Source of the DNA: Protoeuglena noctilucae
Lineage: Eukaryota
DNA: 64,000 nt
NCBI GenBank assembly: GCA_958009085.1
Contig: OY253668.1
Coordinates: 1,302,001 to 1,366,000 of the forward strand
Reading direction: 5' to 3'
The translations under genes were made by a program, and so were the position numbers. Below, piece by piece: positions 11,343 to 26,544 of this stretch. Positions within the stretch are counted from its first letter, which is position 1. Every line of letters starts with the position of its first letter. Below the pieces are notes generated by a model, which had not been told where the DNA came from, ran no database searches, and saw only the letters and a list, made by a program, of their open reading frames with translations.

Positions 11343-13428
11343 ATGTCGCTCTACGCCATGCCCTTCGTGATCGTCAACCTGGGTGCCGAGATGGTGTTCA
11401 TCCTGGACCAGAGGCTCGGGGCGCAGAAGGTCGCGAAGGTGCGTGTCATGCGCCGGATGCGCCGGATGGCCGGACGGCGCCCCCGCGGGCGCTGGCGAGC
11501 CACAGCAATGCGTCCTGCCCTGACGTCAGCACCGGCCGTCGGCCCGCCGCAGGAGCGCGCGCAACAGGTCATTGACGACTTACTGCTCAACATGTTCCAA
11601 GTGGACTTTGTCAACGAGCTCTTCCGGCCCCAACGCGTGTACTCCATCCCATCCACGCGGGCCGTGTTCCAAAAGATCGCCCACTCCTCCATCATGAAGC
11701 TTTCGGAGGAGTCCATGGAGAAGCTCTACGACCTCATGCTCATGGGCCTTAAGTACCAGGCGAGCCTCGCCCCGCTCCCGGCGCGCAGCCCAGGGGCTGG
11801 CACCGCCGGCGGTGGCGCGAGCAGGCGCGCACCCCTCGCCCCCGGTCCCGCAGGTCCTCTGCATCGAGCGACCGGAGCAGGTTGTGGAAGTCACGTTGCG
11901 CCACCTGGACATCATGTCTGCCATGGGCCAGGCCCCCGCCGTGAAGGAGTTGTTGGGGTCAGCACGAGCACGCGTGCTGCACTTCCAGACCGACAAGTCG
12001 GCCGGGGACTGGCTGCTGGTACGCCGCACGATCTGCCAGTTCCTCCAGGACAAGCGCATCAAGGTCTCGCTGTTCCTACAGGCGAGGCGACACCCGACTT
12101 CCTAGCGACGCTTGCGCCACCACTCAACGGGACGCTGACTGCCCCGCCTGCCTCTGATGGCGCAGGAGGGCATCCAGTCGGGGGATGCCAAGATGTTTTT
12201 GAGGGCCCCGCAGCGTGAGGCTGGGCTGCCGCCCCCCGGCACCTGGCGCGTCTTAGAGCCCAAGAGCAAGGAGGTCGCAGCAGAGGGGTTCCAGCAGCTC
12301 TCCAAGCGCGCCAAGATGTGAGGAATCGCGCTCGAGAGGCGCGCAAGCGGGGCACGCCCGGGCCGGGCTCATCGGCCCCCGCCACCTCTGAATGCGACTG
12401 CCTACCTTCCTGTCGCAGGGCGGACCTGTGGTACAAGCATCCGGACCCGATCGGCACCAATCTGTACGCCGTCCTGCACACCAAGTGCGTCGACTTGCCC
12501 ACCTACCTGGAGCCCGTGCCGGCCTCGTCGTCTGCCAGGACGCAGACGGGCTCGGATTCGGGCACCCTGCCTCCCAAGGCCGAGCCGGGGCCGAGCGCGC
12601 CTCCCCCGCCGCAGGCGGGGTGGCCGGGGGGGCTCGCGACCGGGCCGCGTGGACCGGGGTCGGCTGGCCCAGAGCGGGTGCCGGAGTGGAAAGGCCACGT
12701 GCCCGAGTCGCCACAGAAGGTGCGCGGGCAAGGCGTTGCTCGGAAGAGGGTGCGCCGGCGCACGGGCCTGGACAGTTTGCCTGGCCGCGCAGGGCTTGAG
12801 CTTTATTGCTGGCCCGCTTGCAGGCGGACGTGAGCGCCATGTTCGGGATGGCACGGGGCGGGGCGGCGCAGCCGTCGCCGCAGTCGGATTTGGACGCGGC
12901 TCTGAAGGACATGGGCCGGGCGACGGAAGGGGAGACGCTGGTACGGAGCCGCGCAATTGCCACCTCGCTGCGGCGCGCTATGGCTCCCCTTGGTGTGGGC
13001 CAGACCGTGCGCTCTCTGACGACCTTTCCACCGCCCGACTTCGCAGAGCAAGCTCATTGGCGTGGGGGCCTCCAGGTCTGGCACCGATTTCAAGCTCAAG
13101 CTCGACAACCTGTTCGTGGGCAAGGGTGCCGATCGCTTCGACATGGAGGACCACAGCGGGCTGCACGTGCGGCGGCAAGAGACCGAAGGCGGCGTGGCAC
13201 GCAAGCCCGACCTGGTCGTCGATGGGGGCGCACAGGTGACGTGGACGGCTATGCTGGCGTTTGCTTACAGAGGGGAGCGTGTTTGTGACACCTGTCAGCG
13301 TGCTGTGTCTGCAGCGTGAGGACTACATGAAGCGGATCGGGCGCCTGGACTTGAACGCTGGGCCAGCAGAGCCAGCGGGGCAGGGGGCCAAGGGCGACGA
13401 CCTGTTGGATCTCATGGATGGCTTGTGA
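11343..13428 (+). CDS. OSCP1: Organic solute carrier partner 1 (OSCP1/NOR1), multi-exon
   Basis: MSLYAMPFVIVNLGAEMVFILDQRL...ELFRPQ...IAHSSIMKLSEESMEKLYDLMLMGLKYQ|VL...KVSLFL..., GTNLY, and C-terminal DDLLDLMDGL*. Probable 5'UTR intron at 11211-11332. Confidence 0.92.
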
Positions 13429-13734
13429 TTCGCGCTTATTGAAACAGTGATGGGGTCGCGCAATACCCTGCGCCAGTTGACGGAACCCGCGCCTTGTCTG
13501 GCACATGCCGCTTGCTTCTGTCCAGTCGCCGAGTTCTCCACCGTATGCATTGTCTCGCGTGGGTGGGTCCTGGCCGCGCTACGCGTTGCTGTGTGCCAAC
13601 CGGTGCCAACCTGCGTGCATAGTGTGCCCTATTGGCCGCTGTGTTTTCAGGTTGCCTCCAGTAGCTCTCCCGTGATCGCGTTCGACCTTCGACTGGCTTG
13701 CTGAACCGCTTGGGAGAGTTGCCGAGCGCCAGCC

Positions 13735-16089
<2,355 letters not shown>

Positions 16090-16289
16090 GAGGGACTACC
16101 TTTGAAAGCAAGCGCCCTGCGTACGCTCGGGGCACTGTGAACTATGCTGATTGCGCTGCTACCGCAAAGAAGAGTGTGATGAGGTTAAGAGCGAGTCTGC
16201 CGCTGAGAAAGACCTAGGAAACGACAGCATACGACCTGACAACCAGAAAAAAGAAAAGGATCCATGCACCCTGACTGCGCGAGGGCCCG

Positions 16290-17381
16290 TCAATTCATCA
16301 CGGGGGTCCTGTCCTTGACCCCGACGTGGAAGTCGAGGACCTGGCGCACGAGTTTGGCGTCCGTGCGCAGGAAGGTCTGCGTGCCACGGTCACCGCCCAC
16401 CACTCGCACGGCGGGGCCCTCCTTGCAGTGGCCCAAACACTTGCACGTCCTGACGTCGACCCCGGCGTCCGCCGCGACGCCCTTGGCCGCTTCCAACGTG
16501 GCGGCGGCGCCGTGGCGCATGCAGGACTTGCCCTGGCACACCATGACCACAGCCCGGCTGTGTGGGGACTCCACCACGGGCGTGGAGCAGCCGCACTGGG
16601 CGGCAGTCGAGTTCCCGGTAGTCGCCCGCTCGTCTTCCGGAATGGCACAGCACAGGTCCGAAGCGGACGAGGCGCGGCCGCGCTCCGGCAGGACCGCTCG
16701 CTCCGCCACGGCCACGGACGCGGCCACCATGCAGTCGCCCTCGTCCTCGGACTCGGAAGAAGATGACGACGACGAGTCGTCATCCATCTCAGACATCTGC
16801 GGGGAGCACGCGGGCCACGCTCGTGGCGCCAGGCGGCAGCTGGCTGAGCATACGCGCACCAACGCTGGCCGCGGCCCACCTCCGTCACGAGCTGCCGCAA
16901 CCGCGCAGTCAGCGACATGGCCTCCGCCTCCACTTCTCGAAGACTGGCGAGGCGCTCCCCGGAAACCGGCGCGCAGGCCGTCGCCTGCGGGATTTGCAGG
17001 GCGCTGGTGCGGTTCATCGCCCCCGAACAGCGGGGAGGCATCTGGGACCCAAATGCCTCCGCGTGCCCGACCAGGCATTCCAACAGCCCCTCGGGCAGCG
17101 CGGACGACGCGTGGAACGCTTTCACGGGGCGGGTGACGGGGCAGGTAGGTTTGCCTTCGTCCTGGGCCCAGGGGCTCCAGCGACGGCAGCGGCCTCCGTG
17201 CTACTGCCGCGCAATTCACCTCACAAAGGTCCTCGAGAGCTTTCCGAGCCTTCTTCGCCTTCTTCAGCACCTTCTCCGTCCGCTTGGCGCTCGCGACGAC
17301 ATCCCGCGTGGTGCGAGCAGCCGCAGTAGGTCGTGAGGCTCTAGACAGGGCTGCAGGCCTCAAGAACGCCGCGCTCGCCAT
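16290..17381 (-). CDS. DGAT3-like soluble protein with C-terminal thioredoxin-like [2Fe-2S] ferredoxin domain and predicted plastid transit peptide
   Basis: Ala/Arg/Ser-rich N-terminus, Lys-rich helix, MSEMDDDSSSSSSSESEDEGDC poly-Ser/acidic tract, then VMVCQGKSC...TCKCLGHCKEGPAVRV (four Fe-S Cys). This is the same architecture as plant DGAT3. Confidence 0.75.
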   Translation of the reverse strand: MASAAFLRPAALSRASRPTAAARTTRDVVASAKRTEKVLKKAKKARKALEDLCEVNCAAVARRPLPSLEPLGPGRRQTYLPRHPPRESVPRVVRAARGAVGMPGRARGGIWVPDASPLFGGDEPHQRPANPAGDGLRAGFRGAPRQSSRSGGGGHVADCAVAAARDGGGPRPALVRVCSASCRLAPRAWPACSPQMSEMDDDSSSSSSSESEDEGDCMVAASVAVAERAVLPERGRASSASDLCCAIPEDERATTGNSTAAQCGCSTPVVESPHSRAVVMVCQGKSCMRHGAAATLEAAKGVAADAGVDVRTCKCLGHCKEGPAVRVVGGDRGTQTFLRTDAKLVRQVLDFHVGVKDRTPVMN

Positions 17382-17592
17382 GGCGGGCAGCCTGGGCAGG
17401 GCGCCTGCGCGGCCCTCCAAGAAACACGTCAAGCTCTCCCTGCTGCGCGATGGAGACGGTCGCAGGGATGATTGGCTTCAATGTTGTCAGAAACGGTGGG
17501 CTCTGCCGGGCGAGAGACGCGCAGGATGCGCTAAACTGGCACCGCTCTGCTGACGCCAGGGCTAACCCCGAGCAAAGGGCCCCTCGAAAACG

Positions 17593-18832
17593 CTACAGTT
17601 TCCTCACTCGGAGCATCGAGCGCGCCCGGAAGTAAGCATGTCTCTGCATGGGAGGGGCAAGGGATGCCACCGTCAGGGACCTGCATCCTCGCCCAACGTG
17701 CGGAACCCACATGGAGGCTGGGCCGTCACGCAAGCCCCCTCTTCCTGCGTCCCAGCCAGCCGGGACTAGCTCCCTCACCTTGGTCGCCTTGCCGAACAGC
17801 CCGCTCATGCCGACGCTCTCGTCCTCGTCCGCCTCCCACGACACCTTCGCCGCCCTGCGTGGGGCCCGGTGGCAGTGGCATAAGCATCGCGGCCATGCCG
17901 TTGCGCCCGACGCAGCCACGCACGGCGCCGTGCGCCCTCACCCGTCCTTCAGCGCGCGCTCGCACGTCTCCCAGGAGAAGCGGACGAAGGACGGGAAGCC
18001 AAACACGGGGTCCACACTGCCCGCCATCCATGCCTTGGTGACAGGGTCGGAGGGGTAGCCCGACCCGAAGGACGTGCTGGGCGCCGCGCCGTCCTCGAAC
18101 CGCTCCTTCCACGCAAAGGCCTCGGTCTCCCGGTCCCTGGTGACCTTGGCGGCGATGGACGCGGCGCCGACGATGGGATACGTCGCGTCCGCCTTGGACT
18201 CGACCGTGAAGCGGATGCCCGGGAACTTGTCCGACAGGATTTGCGCGTACCTGTCCGCGGCGCCCACCGTGTCGACGTACGCCTCGACCACGTTGACCCC
18301 GGCGTCGAGGACGGCCTGGACGAGGCCGACCGTCGACTGCGTGGCTATCTGGTTGAGCGTGACGCGCCCGAGCGACAGCATCTGCGGCCACGGAACGTCA
18401 TGCCGCGGGTCCCGCACCGCTCCTTTCGTGCAAGATGCCTTGCTGGCACCACCTGCGCGTCCAGGGGGCTCGCCTGGCTGGAGATGCGCTCGGCGGAGAT
18501 CACGTCCACCGCGAAGGCGACGCGGTCGTCGTCGATGAGCTTGGAGAAGAGCGCGTCGCGGCGCTGGGCTGTCAGCTGCTTGGAGTCGTGGAAGCCGGAC
18601 GAGGCCAGGTGCTCGGTGGAGGTGGTACTGGCGACGGCGATGCCGCAGACCATCGGCCCCAGGACGGGGCCCCGTCCCGCCTCATCTGCGGCGGCCGTAC
18701 GCAGCGCGTGGGCTGGGCGCCCCCGCCGCCGCCCCCGTGGCTGCCCCGCGACCCGGGGCGCCGCTCACCGATCCCGATCAAACAAGGTTCCCGAATCCAG
18801 ACGGGGGAGCTGTTGAGGTCCTCGAGGCGCAT
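17593..18832 (-). CDS. RNASEH2A: Ribonuclease H2 catalytic subunit A, multi-exon
   Basis: [70 protein letters not shown]. Confidence 0.96.
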
Positions 18833-19263
18833 GGCAGCTTTGAACGCGTGCGTCGCCACGCTGGGGCCCGTCTGGGCCGCCGGGGTTCGCGTCCGGACCC
18901 GTCGGGCCGGCGGCGCGTCACACGAGCGCACCGCAGCCGCGGGGCGAAGGCGACGGGGCTCCGGCGAGGGGGCTCGCTGCCCAGGCCGGGGGTGCTGGGT
19001 GGCCCGGGGACGGCGTCGGGACGGCGCCTCGGGCTCTGGTTCAGCTGCCGCGGCGCAGAAAGCGCGAGTCTGGTCGCGCGGGGGGCCGCTCGTCCCCGGA
19101 GCGTCGGCCGGGGGCGCAAAACGCCGCGACTGGCATGTCCCAGGGCATGGTCCCCGGGTAGGGCGCGGGGCTGGAGAGGGGCGCGCGCGATCGGTCAGGG
19201 TCCAGTTCCCGGTCCCTTCCCGAGGCGCGCGGGTCCGCACCGTATCGTCGAGGGCTTCCAAAG

Positions 19264-20938
19264 ATGGAGGGCTCCGCCAGCCGCGAGGAGGCCGTCTACA
19301 TGGCCAAGCTCGCCGAGCAAGCCGAGAGGTGCGCGAGCGGTCTCCCGCGCGCCCCCTGCGGCCTCCACGCTTAAATTCCGGCGCACGGGCGTCGCTCTCG
19401 CGCGCGGGCGGCCCCGCGTCGGCCCGGGGCGGGCCTCGTTGGCCCTCTGGCCCGTTTTTCGCGCCCCCGCGCCCCCCGGGGCCCCAGCGCCCCCCCCCCG
19501 GCGCGCCTGCAGGTACGATGAGATGGTGGAGTCCATGAAGACCGTGGCGAAGATGGTGGAGGAGGGCACGGAGCTGTCGGTCGAGGAGCGCAACCTGCTC
19601 TCGGTCGCGTACAAGAACGTGATCGGGGCTCGCCGCGCGTCGTGGCGAATCATCTCTTCAATCGAGGCGAAGGAGGAGTCCAAGGGGAACCAGGACCACG
19701 TCTCGCGGATCCGCAAGTACAGGGCAACGGTGGAGGAGGAGCTGCAGAAGATCTGCAATTCCATCCTGGAGCTTCTGGACACGTACCTGATCCCCACGGC
19801 GGCGACGGGGGAGTCGAAGGTGTTCTACCTCAAGATGAAGGGGGACTACCACCGCTACCTGGCCGAGTTCAAGACGGGGCAGGACCGGGAGGAGGCCGCC
19901 GAGGCCACCATGCTGGCGTACAAGGCCGCGCAGGTGCGTCGCGCGATCTCTCGGAACGGCACGGCGCGCGGGCGGGACGCCCGGCCCCCCGGGCCGCCCG
20001 GGATCTGCGCTTCCGTTGGCAGGGCAGTCAAAGCCGACTTGCCGCCGCCCGGCGCCCCCGCAGGACATTGCGCTGTGCGACCTGGCTCCTACGCACCCTA
20101 TTCGACTGGGTCTCGCGCTTAACTTCTCGGTGTTCTTCTACGAGATCGTCAACTCGCCCGAGCGCGCTTGCTACCTGGCCAAGCAGGTGCGGGGGCGCGT
20201 CCGGGGGCCCGCGCGCGCCGCTGCCGCCGTTTTGGCCCCCCTCGCGTCCCGCGGCGCGCGGGACGGGGCGCGGGAGGGACGCCGGGGACCGCATGGCGGG
20301 GCGGGCCTTTTTCGAACGCTCGGGACCGGGCGGGGGCCCGGCGGGGCGCGCGGCCGCTCTCCACGGGCTCCGGGGCATCGAAAGCGCGCGGAGCCGCCGC
20401 GGGAGCGGGGGGAAAGGGCGGGAGGGGCCCGCGCGACCGTTACCCCGCGCCCACGCCCGCAGGCCTTCGACGAGGCCATCGCCGAGCTCGACACGCTGGG
20501 CGAGGAGTCGTACAAGGACTCCACGCTCATCATGCAGCTTCTCCGGGATAACTTGACCCTCTGGACTTCGGACATGCAGGTGGGCGTCCGCGCGCGCCTC
20601 CCGGGGGATCCCGGCCCCCTCCGCGACCCGTGCGGGCTCATCGGAGCGGCTTGCTCGCGCTGGCGTGCTGGCAACGGTTGCGCCTGGACGGGGCGGGGCG
20701 GGGAGGCCCCCCGAAGCATCGCCGGCCTCCCCGCCCCGTGCGACGCGCCCGGGCCCCCGCGGTGGCTTTCCGCGATTGCGTCCGCTGCGATCGGCGACGG
20801 GGAGCCCCCGCGCGCGCTCGCGGGGCACCCCCTCACGCGAGGCAGGCGGAGGCTCGCGCCACACCCCGTTCGGCCCCGCCCCGCCCGCAGGAGTCGGACC
20901 AGGCGGGGGACATGAAGCTCGAGGACGCCGACGCCTGA
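19264..20938 (+). CDS. 14-3-3 protein, 5 exons
   Basis: [17 protein letters not shown]...[27 protein letters not shown]...[13 protein letters not shown]...|[59 protein letters not shown]. Confidence 0.98.
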
Positions 20939-21839
20939 GGGCATGGCCCGGGAGCTCGCGATGGCGCTCGCATTCCCAACAGTTGGCGCGCGGCCCCGGC
21001 CCGCCCTCGCTCGCGAGTCCCTTGCGCCCGTGTGTTTGCTGTGTGCTCGCCGGCTGCCCGCCCGTGGCCGCCGGGGCTACCCGCACGCGTTCCGTTTGTC
21101 GTCCCCGGCTTTGTCTGCCTCCGGCCTGCGCAGACCCCGGGCCCAGAGAGGTGACTCGAGTGCTCTGCCGCACCCCATCGGCAGCTTCATGCATGAGAGG
21201 TAGTGTTAGCACCATGTACGTGCGCTGCAGCGTCCGCGTCCCGCCCTGGGCTGCGGCGAGGCCTTGAACCAACCTCTCGACGAGGGTGCGGGGGGTCGAC
21301 GAGCAACAGGAGAGGGGTCCTCGGCGACGTGCTCCTTGGTAGACATGGACACCTGCCAGCGTCCTCTGCTGGCGGCGCTCATCATCGCGCACCTGGCGTC
21401 CGCATCACGCCGCACAGGCCAGCGGTGGGGGTGGCTGATAACATGACGGTGGTGCCTGTGATCTCGGCAAAGGGTGCATCTGCGACGCCCACGCGCGATC
21501 CCCGTGCGCGCCATACCCGGCAGGTCGGCCGGCGGCACTCAGGCCTGCCTGCCAGGGCCACGCTGGGACGCTGCCGTTTCAAGCGTGGCAACCCTCACTC
21601 GTGGACCGCCACTGAAACCGGGCTCTCGTGTCCGCCGGTCTCCCAGTCGACAGAAGCGTGCGGCACTGTCCGGAGAACTGCCAAGCAATAGCTGTGTGTG
21701 CTAGCCCTGCGCACAAGCCATTTCCGACCTCTCGCTAGGCCCTGCCGCCCTCTCGCTGGGTCAGATCTCACCGAGTTCGTCGTCTGTGAAAGAGGCTGTT
21801 GTCAACAGAGCGGGGCCCCGCTGAGATCGAGAAGCAGGC

Positions 21840-22516
21840 ATGATGGCGGCGGTGGCAGCGATGGTCCCCCCCAAGAAGGCCCAGCCGGGGAATACCAGCC
21901 GCTTGATGCCCTCCGAGTTGATGGATAAGTGTGTCGGGCAGCGAATGTGGGTGAGCGCCTCGACGATGCACGGCGCGAAGGGCCGGGCGGCTCCCGACGG
22001 AGACACCGCTTTGGCACGGCCCTGACGCCGCCCCGGGACGCTCGCGGAGCGGTTGGACTGCATGATAACATGCCTTTCCTCTCGCAGGTACTCATGAAGG
22101 GCGACAGGGAGTTCGTGGGCAAGCTGGTGGGCTTCGACATCTACGTCAATATGGTGCTCCAGGTGCGCGAGCTTTTGCCGCGCGGATCCGCCGAAAAGCC
22201 AGCTGTTCGAGCTGTGGCATGCATGAACATGTGGTCGGTTGACTGCTGGAGTCGCTCTGGACGCTGCTTCGCGCAGGACGTCACGGAGATCGAGCGGACA
22301 CCCGAAGGCGTCGCCCTCAGCAAGGCGAGCCAGCGCCCGTGCCGTGCCACCACGCACCAGCGCGTGCTCCAACAATCCTGCAAGCATTTCTGCTTAGGAT
22401 TGCTGGTTGATGGCACGCGCCTTGCTCCCTGTTCGCAGCTGGACCAGATTCTGCTGAATGGCAACAGCGTCGCGATGATGGTGCCGGGTGGGAAGCCAGA
22501 CGACGTCGACATTTGA
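21840..22516 (+). CDS. LSM5: U6 snRNA-associated Sm-like protein LSm5, 4 exons
   Basis: LMPSELMDKCVGQRMW|VLMKGDREFVGKLVGFDIYVNMVLQ|DVTE...K|LDQILLNGNSVAMMVPGG. Introns at 21951-22087, 22163-22276 and 22325-22438. Confidence 0.95.
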
Positions 22517-22694
22517 CGGCCCAGGCGTGCTTTGGTGACGCTCGTGCGTGGGACATGTGCAACTGGCCCGTGGCATTGAAAGGGCGACGTTTCACGGGTC
22601 GGGTGGGGGGCCTGCTGCTAGCAATCGATGCGAGACACGTCATGGTCCCGGTCGTCTGCGCACGACGCACGACGCTCTAACTCAGACACGCGCG

Positions 22695-25600
22695 TCACCC
22701 ACGCGCCCGCTGACCCTTGCGTGCACGCTTGGCCTGCGGCGGGTGAGCCTCCTCCGCCTTCTTGGGCGTTTCGTCGCCCGTCGTCTGCGGACACGTGAGC
22801 GGCAGGTGTTGGTGCAGTAACGATTGCGGGCTCTTGCGGCCATGCCCGGCACGGTGCTCGCTGCTGCAGAGGCGCCGGATTGTCATACGTGCACGGCAGT
22901 CACCTCCGCTGCGGGCTTCCCGCCCCGGGTCAGCAGGCGCTCCTCGCGGTTGAGCCGCGAGGTCGGGGCCAGCGCCCCGTTGCCGACGGCCACCGACGGC
23001 GCACGGTAGTCCCCGAAGTGCTCTGACCTGTCCTCACGGGAGAGCAGGACCAGCGAGAGGTCGCCAGCTGCGCACAGCACGCCGCCGACGCCGTCCGAGG
23101 CCCCCGCCACCCGCAGCGCCACGTTGCCGGCGTTCACCAGCTGCAGCAGCGCCGCGAACCCACGGCTGGCCTGCCAGGGCGCGGAGGCTTGCAGAGCAAC
23201 CTCGAGTGGGACCTGCGGGCAGCAGACGTTTGCAAAACATCGGCACGCGGAACGGTGTGTGCGGACGACAGCACGAGACGCGAAGGTCGGGTGCTGTGGG
23301 TCGAACTTGATCTGTCTGGCTAAGTCAGCGGCTGATGGTTCCACCCAAAGATGGGTCCAAAGGGCCACCTGACCTTGCAGCAAACTCCGCGACGACTTCA
23401 TGGCACATTCCGCGCCCCGCTCACCTCCCGTGGCCGCTCCATCTGCCGCAGCGCTTGCACCACGGCCGCCTCCCTCCCCGGCTGGTCTGCGGCGATGCCC
23501 AGCTCGTCCTCCGCAACCGTCAGCTGCGCCAGGTGCCCCACGAGGGTCTTGCCGTCCTCGTACATGTCGAAAGGGCCCCGGCGATCCTGGTCCTCGAGCA
23601 GCGGCTCCACGCGGGCGCGCCACGTAGACACTGCGTTGGCGATTGAGCCAGTACGGCGCATCATGTGTGACCATGCACCCTGACCCTCCTGGAGTACCGG
23701 TCTTGCGAATCAACAGTGTTGCCCTCCACTCACCGGAGCGCTCCACCTGGCTCTGCACGTGCTCCGCTGCCGCCTGCGCCTGCAGCTGCTGGATGTAGCG
23801 CTCCACGAGGCGGCCATAGGGCGTGGGGCCAGGCGTCTTCTGCAGGCGCGCAAGGTGTCACCATCGCGCCAAGCACCAGCACCAGCGCCGGGAAACCTGA
23901 CGCCAACAACGAATGCGCCAGTTCCAAACACCGAATGCAATTCCACCCGGTGCCTGAGTCCTGATCCCGCTGCACACGCAACCCCTCACCGGCTCCACGC
24001 CGCTCCCGGTGCCGTCGTCCGGCGGTCCCGGCGTTGCAGGGTCCAGCCACGGCATGCGAACGTCGTCCATGCTGCCGTCCGCTCCGTCGCCCGCAAACGT
24101 CACGGGCAAAGGGAACGGATCCTCCGCCCCACCAAACTCAACGTCGTCCGCGCCCCCGCCGACATCGAACCCGGCCCAGCCGTCCCCATCCCCTGCATCC
24201 CCGGCATCCAGCTCATCGCCGGCCCCGTTTGCCTCCTCCTCGGCCCCGACGGCGTCCGTTGACCGGCCACGGCCACCCCGCGCCCCGCGCGCCGCCAGCC
24301 CCGCAGCAAACTCCGGGAAGAGAGGGCCCTTGGACGGCACGTGGGGCGGCAGGACGAGCGCCGCCAACGCGGCGAGAGCGGGACTAGCGCCGCGCCCGAT
24401 CCACGCGGCGCCTTGCGTGGCGGCCGACGCGGCCACGGCCCCGGGACGGCTGCGCTTGGCCCACATGCTGGCGCGGCCCTTGCGCCAGGGCTTGGCCGGC
24501 GCCGCCGAGGCGTCGCGAGGGTCCAGGGGCGCCCACGAGTCGTCTTGCTCCTCGTCGGAGGGGTGCACGTGGCCCACAGCGGGGCCGTCCCCTGCCCTGG
24601 CGTCAGCTGCCCCTTCCACGCCACCGTCTGCGGTGGCGATGGCTAAGCGCAGCTGAGCCATTTCTTCTGAGGTAGACTATGCTTTGTGCATGCGTTCCAC
24701 AAACGTCGTGACACATCGTGGCGTCGCCTCAGCAGCATCGCGCACCTGCGCCGTCCGCCCCATGCGGACCGCCGATGGCGAGGCCATGGATGGGAGACTC
24801 GGGCACGCCGGGACCGTCCGGCCCGTCGTCGTGCCAGAAGGAATCCATACCGCCGCCGTCGTCGTATACGCCCTCGTCTGCGGGCATGCCTGATGCGTCG
24901 CACGGCGGGCCGATGTCAACAGGGCGCGCCTCGCCCGCAGCGTCGCAGGGTTGCCCGTCGGCCCCGGCCGCGGAGGGCCGATCTGCCAGCGCCCCCAAGC
25001 GCATGCCATCCGTGGTGGAGGGCATCCCTGGCAAGGGCTCAAGGTTTCCGTCCAGGCGCAAGGTGTCAAGCTCATCGATGAGGAGCGCGCCGGACGCACT
25101 GCGGGTGCGGGAAACGGCGGGTCACGTCGCCGCTGCAGCGCAGCGGTCCACGCCACTCCTTGCCGCGGCGCTCCCATCTTCAGTGCCCGCGTGCTTGGAG
25201 AGTGGCCCCTGCCCTCGCCTGTGCACCCACAACGTCGACATCTTGGGCGGCTGGTCGGCGCCCTCGTCCAGCCCCGCCCCCACCATCTGCAGAATGCTGG
25301 GCGGCTCCCGCATGCGGTGCCGCTCCACGCCCGGCGCCTCCTGCCCATCGAGCGGGTCCTCCACGAGGTCCACGTCTGCCGCCTCCTCCACCACATCGTC
25401 CAGCGTCAGAAACGCCTCCTCCGTGTCCCACAGCTGCGAGTCGAGGAAGGACGCGGTCGGCCGGCCACCGACATGAGGCGGGCGCGACGTGTGCGCTGCC
25501 ACTAGCATCGCACAACGTGCCCCACCTCGTCGTCCGCGGCAGCCGCGGGCGTGGCGCCGCCCTTCTTTCCATGGCGTGTTTTGCGGTCGCTGAGGAAGTC

Positions 25601-26123
25601 CTTGGCCTCATGCACGAGGGTGTAGAGGTACTCCACCTTGCGGCTGTAGACGTGCACCGATCCCTGCAGGTGGCAGCCGCGCGGGACGTCGATGGGGCGC
25701 GCGACGGTTGCCCAGCTATTCGCAAGACCTTCGACAGAGCTGTGGGCAACGCGCCTGGATGACGAGGGCCGCCTCCGCGAAGTTGAGCTTCTTCCCGTTG
25801 CCGAAGTCAAATGCGAGGCCGCCCAGCTCCTCCAGATAGCCCTCCAAGTCCGCTGCGGAGGCGCAAAGAAACTTGTCAGCGACGTTCCCGGGCTCTAGAG
25901 GGACGGCGCGGACCGTGCGAGTCGCACGGACCCTCAGGCCGGGGAACGTCGTCAAGTCGCCGTGGCTCATCGCGCTGGGCATGCGGGAGGCCTGCGCGGC
26001 CAGGGATGCTCTCTCACCCGCTAGATCAATATTCCAATTCGCTGCCAGATCGCGGATGGGCTGGAGGAGGTTGGAGAACCGGCTCCACTCCCCGTCAGCG
26101 CCTCGCGTGGGCTGGCTGGCCAT
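22695..26123 (-). CDS. NCAPH2: Condensin II kleisin subunit H2 (CAP-H2), multi-exon
   Basis: RFSNLLQPIRDLAANWNIDLA|ADLEGYLEEL...LNFAEAALVIQ|GSVHVYSRKVEYLY; WAPLDP...KPWRKG; WRARVEPLLEDQDRRGPFDMYEDG; SRGFAALLQLVNAGNV. The last exon is less certain (alternative stop at 22883). Confidence 0.93.
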
Positions 26124-26544
26124 GGCAGCGCGGTCTCCGGGCTAGCCGGCGCGCAGCGCCATGGGCGGGGTGGAGACTCGGGCGGCTTGCGATAATCCGG
26201 TGATCCAGGGCGCGAGGCGGGATGCCCAGACCAGCCGAGTCGACGGGGTTGTAAAAAGTTCAAAACCCCCGGACCGCCCTGCGCGTGCGCGTTGCTCGCT
26301 CTCTCTGCAACAGCCGCCAGCTTTGATTCGTGCTTGTGGCCGGCGCATCCGCTCACGGCGGACTCGGTTCGCCCCTGACGCGCGCCAGTGCACGGCCTGG
26401 CTTAGCCCAGAGGCGTTGCGATGACCAGGGCGACAAGGGCAGCCTCCGGCAAGCTACCCTGTTCAACACTGAGAGCATCAGCTAAGCTCGCCTCGTGGTC
26501 TGTTCCCTCTGGGCTCTGCTCTCTCATTTCACACGTGCGACGCG

